Of a stretch of DNA of 64,000 bases, positions 9,471 to 18,866 are shown piece after piece. Position numbers and translations under genes: made by a program. This stretch comes from an uncultured Rikenellaceae bacterium (GTDB lineage: Bacteria; Bacteroidota; Bacteroidia; Bacteroidales; VadinHA17), in NCBI GenBank assembly GCA_964481765.1, contig CAYZVJ010000001.1, positions 18,452-82,451 on the forward strand, read 5' to 3'. Below the pieces are notes generated by a model. It was given only the letters and a program-made list of their open reading frames with translations, searched no databases and was not told where the DNA came from. Position 1 is the first letter of the stretch; each line of letters starts with the position of its first letter.

Positions 9471-9890
9471 ATGAAAAACAACATAAACATGAATTGGCTG
9501 GGCAATATGGCATTTGAAGCTGAAATCGATGGCCATAAGATAACATTGGATGCCAGTGGAGATGTGGGTGGAGAAAACCGGGGGCCGAGACCGAAACCAT
9601 TAATGCTGGTAGCCCTGGCTGGATGCACAGGAATGGACGTGATTTCCATTTTGAAGAAGATGAGGGTTTCGGTTGACAGGATGAATATTACCGTTGAAGG
9701 GGAGCTAACCGACGAGCATCCCAAACATTTTCACAGCATGCACATCACCTATACCCTTTATGGAAAACAACTTCCCAAAGATAAAATTCAAAAAGCTGTT
9801 GACCTGTCACAGGAACGGTATTGCGGAGTTAGTTATACATACCGAAAAGCACTTGAATTAACGTCAGAGATAAAACTGGTCGAAGAATAG
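9471..9890 (+). CDS. OsmC-family peroxiredoxin-like protein
   Basis: GENRGPRPKPLMLVALAGCTGMDVISIL and QERYCGV: the two conserved Cys contexts of OsmC/Ohr-fold proteins. 139 aa. Confidence 0.85.
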   Translation: MKNNINMNWLGNMAFEAEIDGHKITLDASGDVGGENRGPRPKPLMLVALAGCTGMDVISILKKMRVSVDRMNITVEGELTDEHPKHFHSMHITYTLYGKQLPKDKIQKAVDLSQERYCGVSYTYRKALELTSEIKLVEE

Positions 9891-9905
9891 AAACGAAACG
9901 TTTCT
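9889..9905. terminator. short hairpin between convergent genes (AGAAACG-aaa-CGTTTCT)
   Basis: 7-bp perfect stem with a 3-nt loop, spanning the osmC-like stop and abutting the pheS stop. No U-run, so only a weak terminator candidate. Confidence 0.3.
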
Positions 9906-9906
9906 G

Positions 9907-10944
9907 TCAGAATGCTGATTTGAATTGCCTGAGAAACCGTATATCGTTTTCGAACAAAAGGCGAATATCTTTAATCTGATATTTTAAAAGAGCTATTCGC
10001 TCAATACCCATACCGAAGGCAAAGCCTGTGTATAGGTGGCTGTCAATACCGGTGAAATCCAGCACATTCGGGTCCACCATTCCGCAACCGAGTATTTCAA
10101 GCCAGCCGGAATATTTACACAGGTTACATCCTTTACCATCGCAGCTGCAGGAGATATCCATCTCAGCAGAAGGTTCTGTAAACGGAAAAAAAGATGGCCT
10201 GAGACGGATGCTGGTTTTCTTACCAAACATCTCCTTGGCAAAATAGAGTAAGGTTTGTTTAAGATCGGCAAACGAAACATTTTCATCAATGTAGAGGCCT
10301 TCAACCTGGTGAAAGATACAATGGGAACGGGCAGAGATGGCTTCATTTCTAAAAACACGGCCCGGGGAGATCGTACGTATTGGAGGCTGCTGATTCTCCA
10401 TTACACGAACCTGCACGGGAGAGGTGTGTGTTCTCAGAAGAACATCCCGGATCTTTCCCGTTTCATCCTCACCTTTTTCAATGAAAAAAGTATCCTGCAT
10501 GTCTCTTGCCGGATGATTTGGGGGGAAGTTTAATTTCGAAAAAACATGATCATCATCCTCTATTTCGGGGCCTTCTGATACTGTAAATCCAAGGCGTGTG
10601 AAAATTTCAATGATCTCATTTCTGATTATTGAAACCGGATGTCTGGCACCAAGCCCAACCGGATCAGCGGGAAGTGAAAAATCAGTCAATGATGTTTCTT
10701 CAGTATGCTCTTTTAAGGCGGCAAGCGATTCTTCAATTTTTTCGTGTATCCGGTTTTTTAACCGGTTGACTTGTTGACCCACCAGCTTTTTCTTTTCGGA
10801 AGGGATGGATTTAAATTCGGAAAAGAGAGCGGGAACAATCCCCTTTTTGCTGAGGAATTTTATCCTGAAAAATTCAATTTCCTCACGGCTTTTAGCCGAA
10901 AAGGCATTCACCTCATTCAATAGTTCTGCAATTCGTTCTTCCAT
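9907..10944 (-). CDS. pheS: phenylalanine--tRNA ligase alpha subunit
   Basis: HPARDMQDTFF, LLRTHTSPVQVR and GRVFRNEAISARSHCIFHQVEGL (class II motifs 1-2), GMGIERIALL (motif 3). Confidence 0.95.
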   Translation of the reverse strand: MEERIAELLNEVNAFSAKSREEIEFFRIKFLSKKGIVPALFSEFKSIPSEKKKLVGQQVNRLKNRIHEKIEESLAALKEHTEETSLTDFSLPADPVGLGARHPVSIIRNEIIEIFTRLGFTVSEGPEIEDDDHVFSKLNFPPNHPARDMQDTFFIEKGEDETGKIRDVLLRTHTSPVQVRVMENQQPPIRTISPGRVFRNEAISARSHCIFHQVEGLYIDENVSFADLKQTLLYFAKEMFGKKTSIRLRPSFFPFTEPSAEMDISCSCDGKGCNLCKYSGWLEILGCGMVDPNVLDFTGIDSHLYTGFAFGMGIERIALLKYQIKDIRLLFENDIRFLRQFKSAF

Positions 10945-10962
10945 CTCCAGCCAGGATTTTTA

Positions 10963-10970
10963 CAAAGATA
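10963..10970 (-). promoter_or_regulatory. Bacteroidota -7 promoter box TATCTTTG (minus strand)
   Basis: The reverse complement of caaagata matches TAnnTTTG, 18 nt upstream of the pheS ATG. Confidence 0.45.
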
Positions 10971-11007
10971 TAAGAAATTCTGCGAGCACACATTAAATAG
11001 CTGAAAA

Positions 11008-11826
11008 TTATCTCCTTACCTTTTTAATCGTCATTCGAACGGGGTTAAGTGGGCGATCCGACTTATCTGTGGGGACGGCAGCAATCCGGTCAATAACATC
11101 CAACCCCTCCACCACCTCACCAAAAACAGTATAACTTCCATCAAGATGGGGAGTACCACCAACAACCTTGTATGTTGCCCATTGATCTGGCGGAATTTTA
11201 TACGGCACGTAATTTTTTAATTGCTCTTCGGTTTGCAGTGTGGCTGCCAGTTGAATTGCTGCGTAATCAAGCGGCTCATCTTTTTCAAATGCTTTTTGCT
11301 CTTCTTCCTTGATGTTCTTAAAGAAAAGAGATTGCTTCATCATGTTGTTGATACGCTCTTCCAGTTGTTCCAACTCCTGATCATTAAATGCCTTACCGTG
11401 AACAATATAGAATTGCGTACTCGAAGATGCCTGGTCCGGATTAACATCATCACCCATTCTTGCAGCAGCTAGAGCACCTTTTTTGTGGAAAAGGCCGGGA
11501 TGAAATTCAGCAGGAATGGTGTAATTAATATCAATGCTATCTGTTCTGTTTTTATCTGAGATAACGGTAGCGGGATCACCGGCCTGAATCATAAATTCAT
11601 TGATGACCCGGTGAAACGTCATGCCGTCATAAAAATTGTTTTTTATTAAAGACAGGAAATTATCACGGTGACATGGCGTTTCGTTGTAAAGCCTGATCTT
11701 CATGGTGCCCAGAGTTGTTTCGATTGAAACAAACCACACCTTTTCTTTTCTGTTTGAAGTACAGAATGAAAAGGAAATAATCAGAAAAAAGGCAAGGAGA
11801 ATACAGAATAACCGGTTTGTTTTCAT
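11008..11826 (-). CDS. cyclophilin-type peptidyl-prolyl cis-trans isomerase, secreted, with an internal helical insert
   Basis: FHRVINEFMIQAGDP and STQFYIV...TPHLDGSYTVFGEVVEGLDVIDRI are cyclophilin signatures. Signal peptide MKTNRLFCILLAFFLIISFSFC. About 60 aa of E/Q-rich insert. The track's TTG at 11853 is an alternative start. Confidence 0.85.
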   Translation of the reverse strand: MKTNRLFCILLAFFLIISFSFCTSNRKEKVWFVSIETTLGTMKIRLYNETPCHRDNFLSLIKNNFYDGMTFHRVINEFMIQAGDPATVISDKNRTDSIDINYTIPAEFHPGLFHKKGALAAARMGDDVNPDQASSSTQFYIVHGKAFNDQELEQLEERINNMMKQSLFFKNIKEEEQKAFEKDEPLDYAAIQLAATLQTEEQLKNYVPYKIPPDQWATYKVVGGTPHLDGSYTVFGEVVEGLDVIDRIAAVPTDKSDRPLNPVRMTIKKVRR

Positions 11827-11870
11827 CACAAAAGACGTAAAGAAGGTTAACAATTGTTCGAATAAACATA

Positions 11871-11878
11871 CAAAATTA
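11871..11878 (-). promoter_or_regulatory. possible -7 promoter box TAATTTTG (minus strand)
   Basis: The reverse complement of caaaatta matches TAnnTTTG, 44 nt upstream of the ATG at 11826. Confidence 0.4.
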
Positions 11879-11978
11879 TGATTATATATATGGATTTATA
11901 CAATTTATTATGGAAAACATAACTTCCGGAAAAATTTGAAAAAAAGAAACCGTAAGTGATGATGACATGATTATTGTG

Positions 11979-11986
11979 TAATTTTG
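11979..11986 (+). promoter_or_regulatory. possible -7 promoter box TAATTTTG
   Basis: Exact TAnnTTTG match, 74 nt upstream of the ATG at 12060, in the divergent intergenic region. Confidence 0.35.
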
Positions 11987-12059
11987 GGAAGCATGGGAAA
12001 AGGAAGGCGAATAAATCAGAAGCAAGAAGATGGCAAAGAAAATGCAAAATACGTGATTC

Positions 12060-12965
12060 ATGCATCGGTTAACGGATAAATCGTCAAAATACAAACTTGG
12101 TGTACTGGAAGGATGGCTATCCTTGTTTGTAAACACGCTCCTTTTTGGACTGAAATATTGGGCGGGAGTGGTTACGGGATCGGTTGCGCTGATTGCCGAT
12201 GCATGGCATACATTGAGCGATTCAGTATCATCCGTAGTCCTTCTTGTAGGGCTTGCCGTGGCCAGGAAACCGGCCGATAAAGAACATCCTTTCGGACATG
12301 GCAGGGCAGAGTTAATATCTTCTATTATCATCGGTTTTATACTTGCGCTTATAGGATTTAATTTTTTTCGGGAATCGGTGTTGAGATTAATGAAGCACCA
12401 GGAGGTGTTTTTTGGAACAATTGCCATTGTTGTCACCGCAATTTCTATCGTGGTTAAAGAAGCCATGGCACGATTTGCAATTTGGGCCGGTAAAAAAGAG
12501 GGAATAAAATCCACCATTGCAGACGGATGGCATCACCGGTCTGATGCATTATCATCCGTTATCATATTGATTGGAATATTTTTAGGAAAATTTTTCTGGT
12601 GGATAGACGGAGTGCTTGGACTCCTGGTGTCGTTATTAATATTTTACACCGCTTATGTAATCATTAAGGACGCAGCCGATTCACTGTTGGGAGAAACACC
12701 GGATCGTAAACTGTTAAAGAAAATTGAAAACATTGCGGGGGAGGTCTATCCCGACAACCTTGGACTACACCACTTCCATATACACCGGTATGGTGAACAT
12801 ACGGAAATGACGTTCCATATCGTTTTGCCAGAAGAAATGGAACTCAAAGAAGCAGGTAAGTTAACGAGAAGACTGTTTGAGAGAATCAATAACGAATTAA
12901 ACATCATTGCTACAATACACATTGATACGAGAAGTAATTATATAAAAGAGAGAGAGGACGATTAA
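12060..12965 (+). CDS. cation diffusion facilitator (CDF) family metal efflux transporter
   Basis: Six TM segments. TM2 ALIADAWHTLSD and TM5 DGWHHRSDALSS (H/D-xxx-D metal sites of CDF proteins). C-terminal cytoplasmic domain. Confidence 0.9.
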   Translation: MHRLTDKSSKYKLGVLEGWLSLFVNTLLFGLKYWAGVVTGSVALIADAWHTLSDSVSSVVLLVGLAVARKPADKEHPFGHGRAELISSIIIGFILALIGFNFFRESVLRLMKHQEVFFGTIAIVVTAISIVVKEAMARFAIWAGKKEGIKSTIADGWHHRSDALSSVIILIGIFLGKFFWWIDGVLGLLVSLLIFYTAYVIIKDAADSLLGETPDRKLLKKIENIAGEVYPDNLGLHHFHIHRYGEHTEMTFHIVLPEEMELKEAGKLTRRLFERINNELNIIATIHIDTRSNYIKEREDD

Positions 12966-13002
12966 GAAAAACAACCTATCTTTCATCCATAATTTATCAT
13001 TC

Positions 13003-14487
13003 ATGTTCCATCCCATTAAACAGCTTGCAGGACAAACAGCCATTTACGGCCTTGGAACAATGATCCCGAGGTTTTTAAACTATGCTCTTCTGACACCATT
13101 TTATACGCGCATCCTGGGACTTGGAGAATATGGCGTCCTAACCGAACTGTATGCTTATGTTGTGGTTTTGTTGGTAGTGCTGACCTATGGGATGGAAACG
13201 GGATATTTCAGGTTTTCGACCTCTGATAAAGAGAAGGATCGGGTATTCAGTACAGCCTGGATTTCCCTGTTTATTACATCAACATTATTCATTCTGCTGG
13301 TAATACTGTTCAATAAACCCATTTCTGAAGCGCTGGATTATTCTGCCAACAGAGAGTACATTGTGATTTTTGCAGTTATTGTTGGTGTGGATGCTTTTTC
13401 AACCATTCCATTTGCAAAGTTAAGAAGGGAAAACCGGGGATTACGATTTGCAATCATTAAGTTAGTGAATGTTGCAGTCATCATTGTGCTTGTCTTTTTT
13501 TTCCTGCTTTTTGTTCCTCGGGTAGTCGGCAGAAATCCCAACTCCTGGTTGCAGCTGATCTACGATCCTGATTTTGGTGTGGGCTATGTTTTTGTTGCAA
13601 ACCTGGTGGGAAGTACGATTTCACTACTTCTGTTGCTTCCGGAGATAATCAGCACTAAACCGGAATTTAACACAGAATTGATGAAGCGGATGTTCCGATA
13701 TTCATTTCCGCTTTTAATTGCGGGACTGGCTGGAACGTTGAATGAAGCACTGGATAAAATTCTGTTAAAACACTTACTGCCAGATGAAATAGACGCAATG
13801 GCCCAGCTGGGTATTTATGGTGCCAGTTTCAAAATAGCGGTGTTTTTAAGCCTTTTTATCCAGATGTTCCGGTATGCTGCTGAACCGTTCTTCTTTGCAA
13901 GGGCAAAGGATAAAAATGCTAAAGAACTCTACGCACAGGTGATGAAATATTTTATCATTGCTGGTCTGATGATTTTTTTGGGAATTACACTATTCATAGA
14001 GATTGCAAAATATTTTATTGGACCAAAATTCTGGATGGGACTTAATGTGGTTCCGGTCGTTCTTATGGGATTCCTGTTTTATGGAATATTTGTGAATTTG
14101 TCAATTTGGTATAAGTTGAACGATCTGACAAAATATGGTGCTATTCTGACCGTGATAGGAGCCATTGTGACCGTAACGGTTAATGTGATTTTTGTACCGA
14201 TTTATGGATATCATGCAAGTGCCTGGGGCCACTTTTTATGCTATCTGGTTATGGTTATTTGTTCCTATTTCATGGGAAGACACTATTATCGGATTGATTA
14301 TCCGATTAAAACAATTGTATTGTACGGAATAATAGCCATTGCACTGTTCATTGTAGATAAGCTTATACAGATTGAAAAGAGACCACTGGAACTTGGATTC
14401 AATATTTTGCTATTTGCTATTTTTGCTGGATTTATTTGGGTAAAAGAGAATGTCCGACCGTTGATTTTTAAACCCAGACACGAATAA
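13003..14487 (+). CDS. MOP-superfamily polysaccharide/oligosaccharide flippase (Wzx-like)
   Basis: 494 aa, about 14 hydrophobic segments. N-terminal AGQTAIYGLGTMIPRFLNYALLTPFYTR is typical of Bacteroidota polysaccharide biosynthesis (flippase) proteins. Confidence 0.8.
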   Translation: MFHPIKQLAGQTAIYGLGTMIPRFLNYALLTPFYTRILGLGEYGVLTELYAYVVVLLVVLTYGMETGYFRFSTSDKEKDRVFSTAWISLFITSTLFILLVILFNKPISEALDYSANREYIVIFAVIVGVDAFSTIPFAKLRRENRGLRFAIIKLVNVAVIIVLVFFFLLFVPRVVGRNPNSWLQLIYDPDFGVGYVFVANLVGSTISLLLLLPEIISTKPEFNTELMKRMFRYSFPLLIAGLAGTLNEALDKILLKHLLPDEIDAMAQLGIYGASFKIAVFLSLFIQMFRYAAEPFFFARAKDKNAKELYAQVMKYFIIAGLMIFLGITLFIEIAKYFIGPKFWMGLNVVPVVLMGFLFYGIFVNLSIWYKLNDLTKYGAILTVIGAIVTVTVNVIFVPIYGYHASAWGHFLCYLVMVICSYFMGRHYYRIDYPIKTIVLYGIIAIALFIVDKLIQIEKRPLELGFNILLFAIFAGFIWVKENVRPLIFKPRHE

Positions 14488-14597
14488 GGCAACACGGTAT
14501 TAATGGTGAGGGGGATTTGGACATACGGGCAGTGAATAACCAGTTGGGAATAAAATGAAAGATTGAAAAAAAGAGTGTTTTATAAAAAAGCAAAACG

Positions 14598-16331
14598 ATG
14601 AAAAATTGGTTGGGTTGGTTTGTAATATGGTTAATTTACGTACTCTTGGGCGGTTGTGCGAATAAAACCATACCGGCTAAAACTGAAAGGGAGGATAGAG
14701 AGCTTACCCGAAAAGAGGAAATTAACTACCAATATGCTTTTACAGAAGGAATAAAAATGAAAATAACAGGAAACCTTAGGGAGGCCATTCCATATTTTAC
14801 GGAATGCATAAGAATTAATTCCAAGAGTGACGCAGCAAACTACGAATTGGGTTCAATACTCACTATGGGCGGGAATTATGAGGAAGCCATTAAATACCTG
14901 AAAAGAGCTAATGAGATAGATCCAAAAAATGTCTGGTACCAGTTGCAAATGGCAAGCTTATATCATGCCATGGGCATGAGGGATAGTACCATACTGATGT
15001 ATGAAGAAATCCATGAAAATTACCCGGCCAGAACAGATTTCTATTTTAATCTGGCATCACTGCATGGAGAATATGGTGATGAGAAAAGAGCAATAGAGAT
15101 ATTTGATGAACTGGAAGAACAATATGAGCTAAACGAAACAATATTGTTGGCAAAGCAACAGATCTATGCAAAATCAGGAGAGGTGGATAAAGCCATTAAG
15201 GAAGTATTAAAACTCGTTAATGCATATCCAAACGAAGTGCGGTTTTATGGGATACTGGCCGAGTTATATTGGTCAGGGAAACAGGACGAAAAGGCGTTGG
15301 AAACATACCAGAAGCTGTTCAAAATCGATCCGGATAATGGACTGGGACAATTATCAATGATTGAATATTATAAAAATAAAGGCGAACAGGAAGAGATGTT
15401 CGCCATGATAGGCAAATTAATTGATAATGAGGGGGTTGGTGTGAATCAAAAAATCCAGATAATGATTCAATTTTTCACAAATGAGGAAAATTTCAAGAAG
15501 AATAAAGCAAGTATTGGACAAGCAATAGGAGCACTTGCAAAACGATATCCAGAAGATACAAGAGTAAAAACACTAAAGGCAGATTACCATGTAAAACTGG
15601 GTGAGTTTGAACAAGCAGCTGTTGAGTTGAGGTTTGTTACACAACGGGAAAAAACAAACTTTATCATATGGGAACAACTGCTTTATGTTGAGAATTCGAT
15701 TGGAGAAAATGAACGATTGTATGACGAAACAGAAGAAGCGATAAAACTTTTTCCAGGAGCCCCAACGGTATACTTAATGAGGGGCATTGCTGCAATGGAG
15801 CTTGGGAAAAATAAAGAAGCAATAAAAGCGTTCCAGGAAGGATTAGGATTGGCTGAAGAGAATAAAGAACTAAAGGTACAACTATATTCAATGTTGGGCG
15901 AAGTCTATAAAAATGATGGAAACAATAAGATGTCAGACGAATCATTTCAAAAAGCACTGGAGCTGGATTCTAAAAACCTGTTTGTGTTAAACAATTATAG
16001 CTATTACCTGTCTTTGCGGGAAGAAAGACTGGATGATGCTTTGGCAATGAGCAAAAAATGCATTGAAAAAGAGCCAAATAATTCGACATACCTTGATACG
16101 TACGCATGGATTCTGTTTAAGTTGAAACGGTTCGATAAGGCAAGAGAGTATATTGAAAGAGCAGTTGAAAACAATGATAGCAATAGCAGCGAGATCGTGG
16201 AACACTACGGTGATATATTGATCGTTTTCGGTGAGAAAGAGAAAGCACTGATGCAATGGAAGAAAGCAGCTGAACTGGGAGGAGACTCAGAAGAGCTAAA
16301 AACAAAAATAGAAAAGACGGAAAGGAAATAA
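14598..16331 (+). CDS. TPR-repeat lipoprotein
   Basis: Lipobox VLLGGC at the N-terminus. More than 10 TPR-like units (AIPYFTECIRINSKS, AIKYLKRANEIDPKN, ALETYQKLFKIDPDN, FQKALELDSKN, EYIERAVENNDS). Confidence 0.8.
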   Translation: MKNWLGWFVIWLIYVLLGGCANKTIPAKTEREDRELTRKEEINYQYAFTEGIKMKITGNLREAIPYFTECIRINSKSDAANYELGSILTMGGNYEEAIKYLKRANEIDPKNVWYQLQMASLYHAMGMRDSTILMYEEIHENYPARTDFYFNLASLHGEYGDEKRAIEIFDELEEQYELNETILLAKQQIYAKSGEVDKAIKEVLKLVNAYPNEVRFYGILAELYWSGKQDEKALETYQKLFKIDPDNGLGQLSMIEYYKNKGEQEEMFAMIGKLIDNEGVGVNQKIQIMIQFFTNEENFKKNKASIGQAIGALAKRYPEDTRVKTLKADYHVKLGEFEQAAVELRFVTQREKTNFIIWEQLLYVENSIGENERLYDETEEAIKLFPGAPTVYLMRGIAAMELGKNKEAIKAFQEGLGLAEENKELKVQLYSMLGEVYKNDGNNKMSDESFQKALELDSKNLFVLNNYSYYLSLREERLDDALAMSKKCIEKEPNNSTYLDTYAWILFKLKRFDKAREYIERAVENNDSNSSEIVEHYGDILIVFGEKEKALMQWKKAAELGGDSEELKTKIEKTERK

Positions 16332-16342
16332 ACAGGGAATAG

Positions 16343-17176
16343 ATGAGAATTGAGAAAGAAAAAATCGTTTGGATAATTATGGGATTGTTGGTGTGGTGTG
16401 AGTTGAATTCATGCAAAACAACAGAAATAACCACGCGAATTGCCACAAAGGATATTCGTGTGAAAGATATTTCCAGTGCAGCTATAAAAAGGAGAGATTA
16501 CATACCGGGTATATGGGTAAAGAAAATAAAGGGATCAATACATAATGGAAACACCGAATTCTCATTTAAGGCAAATTATCGCATTAATAGAGATACGGCA
16601 ATTATTATTTCAATAATGACACCGGTGGGCATAGAAGCAATTAGAATCATCTGCATACCGGATACATTTGGGTTTATTGACAGGATAAACAGAGAATATT
16701 ATTATGGGAAATATGAAGTGTTGGAAAAGAAAATTGGATATAAAACAAACTTCGGTTTAGTTCAATCGATGTTACTAAATGAAATTGCAACGGTATACGA
16801 AGAGACAAAAGAAAATATTTTCAAAAATTATAGAAAACTGAATGTTAAAAACAACCATTGCAGTGTATCATTGGATGAATTAAATAGAGATGGATCTGGA
16901 AGAGAAAAGATTAGATATTATCTTGAATTTGATCCGATTAATTATTATCTGGTGAGGAATATAATAACCGACGATAAAGAGAAGAATGAAATTGATATTA
17001 TGTATGAGGATTTTAAGGAATTGGAACAAACATGGTTTCCGGGTCTTATAAGCATACGAATTAAGAATGAAAAAAATCAGATAACATGCAGGTTGGACAT
17101 GGACAGGATTACAATTGAGAGTGATTTTAATACGAACTTAAGCATTGGTCAAAAGTATAAGAAAATTGACTGGTAA
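16343..17176 (+). CDS. DUF4292-like lipoprotein
   Basis: Lipobox ELNSC. About 277 aa, beta-rich. It sits in the TPR-protein / DUF4292 / M23-peptidase gene order that I recall as conserved in Bacteroidota. The family call is from memory, not a search. Confidence 0.65.
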   Translation: MRIEKEKIVWIIMGLLVWCELNSCKTTEITTRIATKDIRVKDISSAAIKRRDYIPGIWVKKIKGSIHNGNTEFSFKANYRINRDTAIIISIMTPVGIEAIRIICIPDTFGFIDRINREYYYGKYEVLEKKIGYKTNFGLVQSMLLNEIATVYEETKENIFKNYRKLNVKNNHCSVSLDELNRDGSGREKIRYYLEFDPINYYLVRNIITDDKEKNEIDIMYEDFKELEQTWFPGLISIRIKNEKNQITCRLDMDRITIESDFNTNLSIGQKYKKIDW

Positions 17177-17180
17177 AACC

Positions 17181-18380
17181 ATGAAAAGAGCAACGGTAAG
17201 AGGGGAAATAACCTTGCTTTGCGTGTTGTTCCTTGCTACAGCAACAGGTAATGGACAGAGTAAAAATGAACTGGTACGAAGGAAGGAGGATGCATTACGA
17301 GAGATAAGCATAACTGATGAATTACTGAAAAAAACGGAACGAAACAGAAAAACTTCATTGAATGAATTAATACTGCTAAACAGAAAACTGACCCTTAGAA
17401 ACAACGTTATTAAAAACATCAATTTAGAAATTCAATTTGTTGAGAGACAAATTGAAGAGAACAAAGAATTAATTGAATTGCTGGAAGAAGATTTGCAAAA
17501 ATTGAAGAAGGAATATGCAGATATGATCTATGCAGCTTATAAGAAAAGAGAAAATTACAATAAATTAATATTTGTTTTTGCAGCAAAAGATATAAACCAG
17601 GCATACAAACGGATGAAATACCTGCAGCAATATGCGCAATATCGAAGAAAACAGGCTGTTGTTATTGAAAGAATGGGTGAATTGATTGCACATAAAGTGA
17701 ATAAATTGGAGGAATACAGGGAAGAAAAAAGGAGACTGTTAAAGCAAAATGAAGGAGAGAAAAGTTACCTGGCGGAGGAGAGAGAGGAGAAAAATATAGC
17801 GGTGGTGCAGTTACAAAAAGAAGAAAAGAAACTGAGATTACAATTGAGAGAAAAGGAAAGAATAGCCAAAGAATTAGAAAAAGAGATTCAGGCAATTATT
17901 GCTGAGGAAGCAAAGAAAGTACGTAATTTTGACCGGCTGACACCGGAAGAAAAACTGCTTGCCAATAATTTTGTAAGCAACAAAGGTAGGCTTCCGTGGC
18001 CGACAGAAAGGGGTGTTATAACAGGAACATTTGGTATACAAGAACATCCGGTGTTGAAAGGTGTGAAAATTGAAAATTTTGGCATTGACATATCTGCACC
18101 GGAAAATGCACTGGCAAGAGCAGTTTTTGACGGTGAAGTGAAAAAAATTATTGGAATTCCGGGAGCAAACCAGGCAGTTATCATTCAACATGGTAATTAT
18201 TTTACAGTATATCAAAACCTTGTAGAAGTGCGTGTAAATATGGGTGACATGGTCAAAACAAAACAAGCCCTGGGAAGAATCTTTACTGATCATAACGATG
18301 AAAACAAAACAGTAATTAACTTTATGATTTGGGAGGAAAAGAACAAATTGGATCCAATGCCATGGCTTAGTGGAAATTAA
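17181..18380 (+). CDS. EnvC-like murein hydrolase activator / M23 peptidase-domain protein
   Basis: Signal peptide, then ~230 aa of coiled coil (LEEDLQKLKKEYADMIY...), then a C-terminal LytM/M23 fold (GIDISAPENALARAVFDGEV...AVIIQHGNYFTVYQNL). Start moved to the ATG at 17181, just after the upstream stop at 17176. Confidence 0.85.
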   Translation: MKRATVRGEITLLCVLFLATATGNGQSKNELVRRKEDALREISITDELLKKTERNRKTSLNELILLNRKLTLRNNVIKNINLEIQFVERQIEENKELIELLEEDLQKLKKEYADMIYAAYKKRENYNKLIFVFAAKDINQAYKRMKYLQQYAQYRRKQAVVIERMGELIAHKVNKLEEYREEKRRLLKQNEGEKSYLAEEREEKNIAVVQLQKEEKKLRLQLREKERIAKELEKEIQAIIAEEAKKVRNFDRLTPEEKLLANNFVSNKGRLPWPTERGVITGTFGIQEHPVLKGVKIENFGIDISAPENALARAVFDGEVKKIIGIPGANQAVIIQHGNYFTVYQNLVEVRVNMGDMVKTKQALGRIFTDHNDENKTVINFMIWEEKNKLDPMPWLSGN

Positions 18381-18466
18381 AATGTGGGAATAAAATGAAA
18401 CCCTTGGAAATTATACAAGTATAAGTAGATTACAACATCAAAAAAGATAAATGAAGTTGGGACATC

Positions 18467-18862
18467 ATGGAAAAGAACGTCACTATTGCATCCGAACAGA
18501 AAAATATTAGAATCATTGAAAATTTAATAGAGGACCTTTGTTCGCAGATTGAAATGAGCTCGGAGGTGTATGGTAAAGTGCTGGTGGCAGCAATAGAAGC
18601 TGTTAATAATGCGATTATTCACGGTAACAAATCAAACCCTGAAAAGAAAGTGGATATCCGTTTGGCAGTGAATGATAAAGAGATGCATATTTTTGTAGCA
18701 GATGAAGGCGAAGGGTTTGACTATGAGAATGTTCCCGATCCCACAGCACCAGAAAATATTGAAAATATTCACGGCAGAGGCGTTTTTCTGATGATACAAC
18801 TATCGGATGAGGTTCATTTTTTTGAAAACGGAGCAAAAGTTGAATTGATATTTTATATTTGA
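18467..18862 (+). CDS. HATPase_c-type anti-sigma-factor-like serine kinase (RsbW/SpoIIAB-like)
   Basis: N-box EAVNNAIIHG, G1 ADEGEGF, G2 HGRGVFLM. 131 aa. Confidence 0.7.
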   Translation: MEKNVTIASEQKNIRIIENLIEDLCSQIEMSSEVYGKVLVAAIEAVNNAIIHGNKSNPEKKVDIRLAVNDKEMHIFVADEGEGFDYENVPDPTAPENIENIHGRGVFLMIQLSDEVHFFENGAKVELIFYI

Positions 18863-18866
18863 AGCG

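Noticed and set aside
11882-12517. Long antisense ORFs in the six-frame track. Examples: 11882..12517 opposite the CDF gene, 7369..7686 opposite ruvB, 27008..27400 and 27165..27569 opposite polA, 42408..42935 opposite the M14 gene, 53453..53848 opposite tldD, 17874..18293 opposite the M23 gene.
   Set aside because: Each lies entirely inside a gene on the other strand whose product carries unmistakable family motifs. Their translations are low-complexity, with no motifs, signal peptides or start context. They are typical shadow ORFs.
14545-14560. The 16-mer TGGGAATAAAATGAAA occurs twice in intergenic DNA (14545..14560 and 18385..18400), each time shortly after a stop codon.
   Set aside because: A single shared 16-mer in 64 kb of AT-biased sequence is about what chance predicts (order of one expected pair). 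There is no flanking similarity, no stem-loop, and the embedded ATGs open only 3- and 9-codon ORFs.
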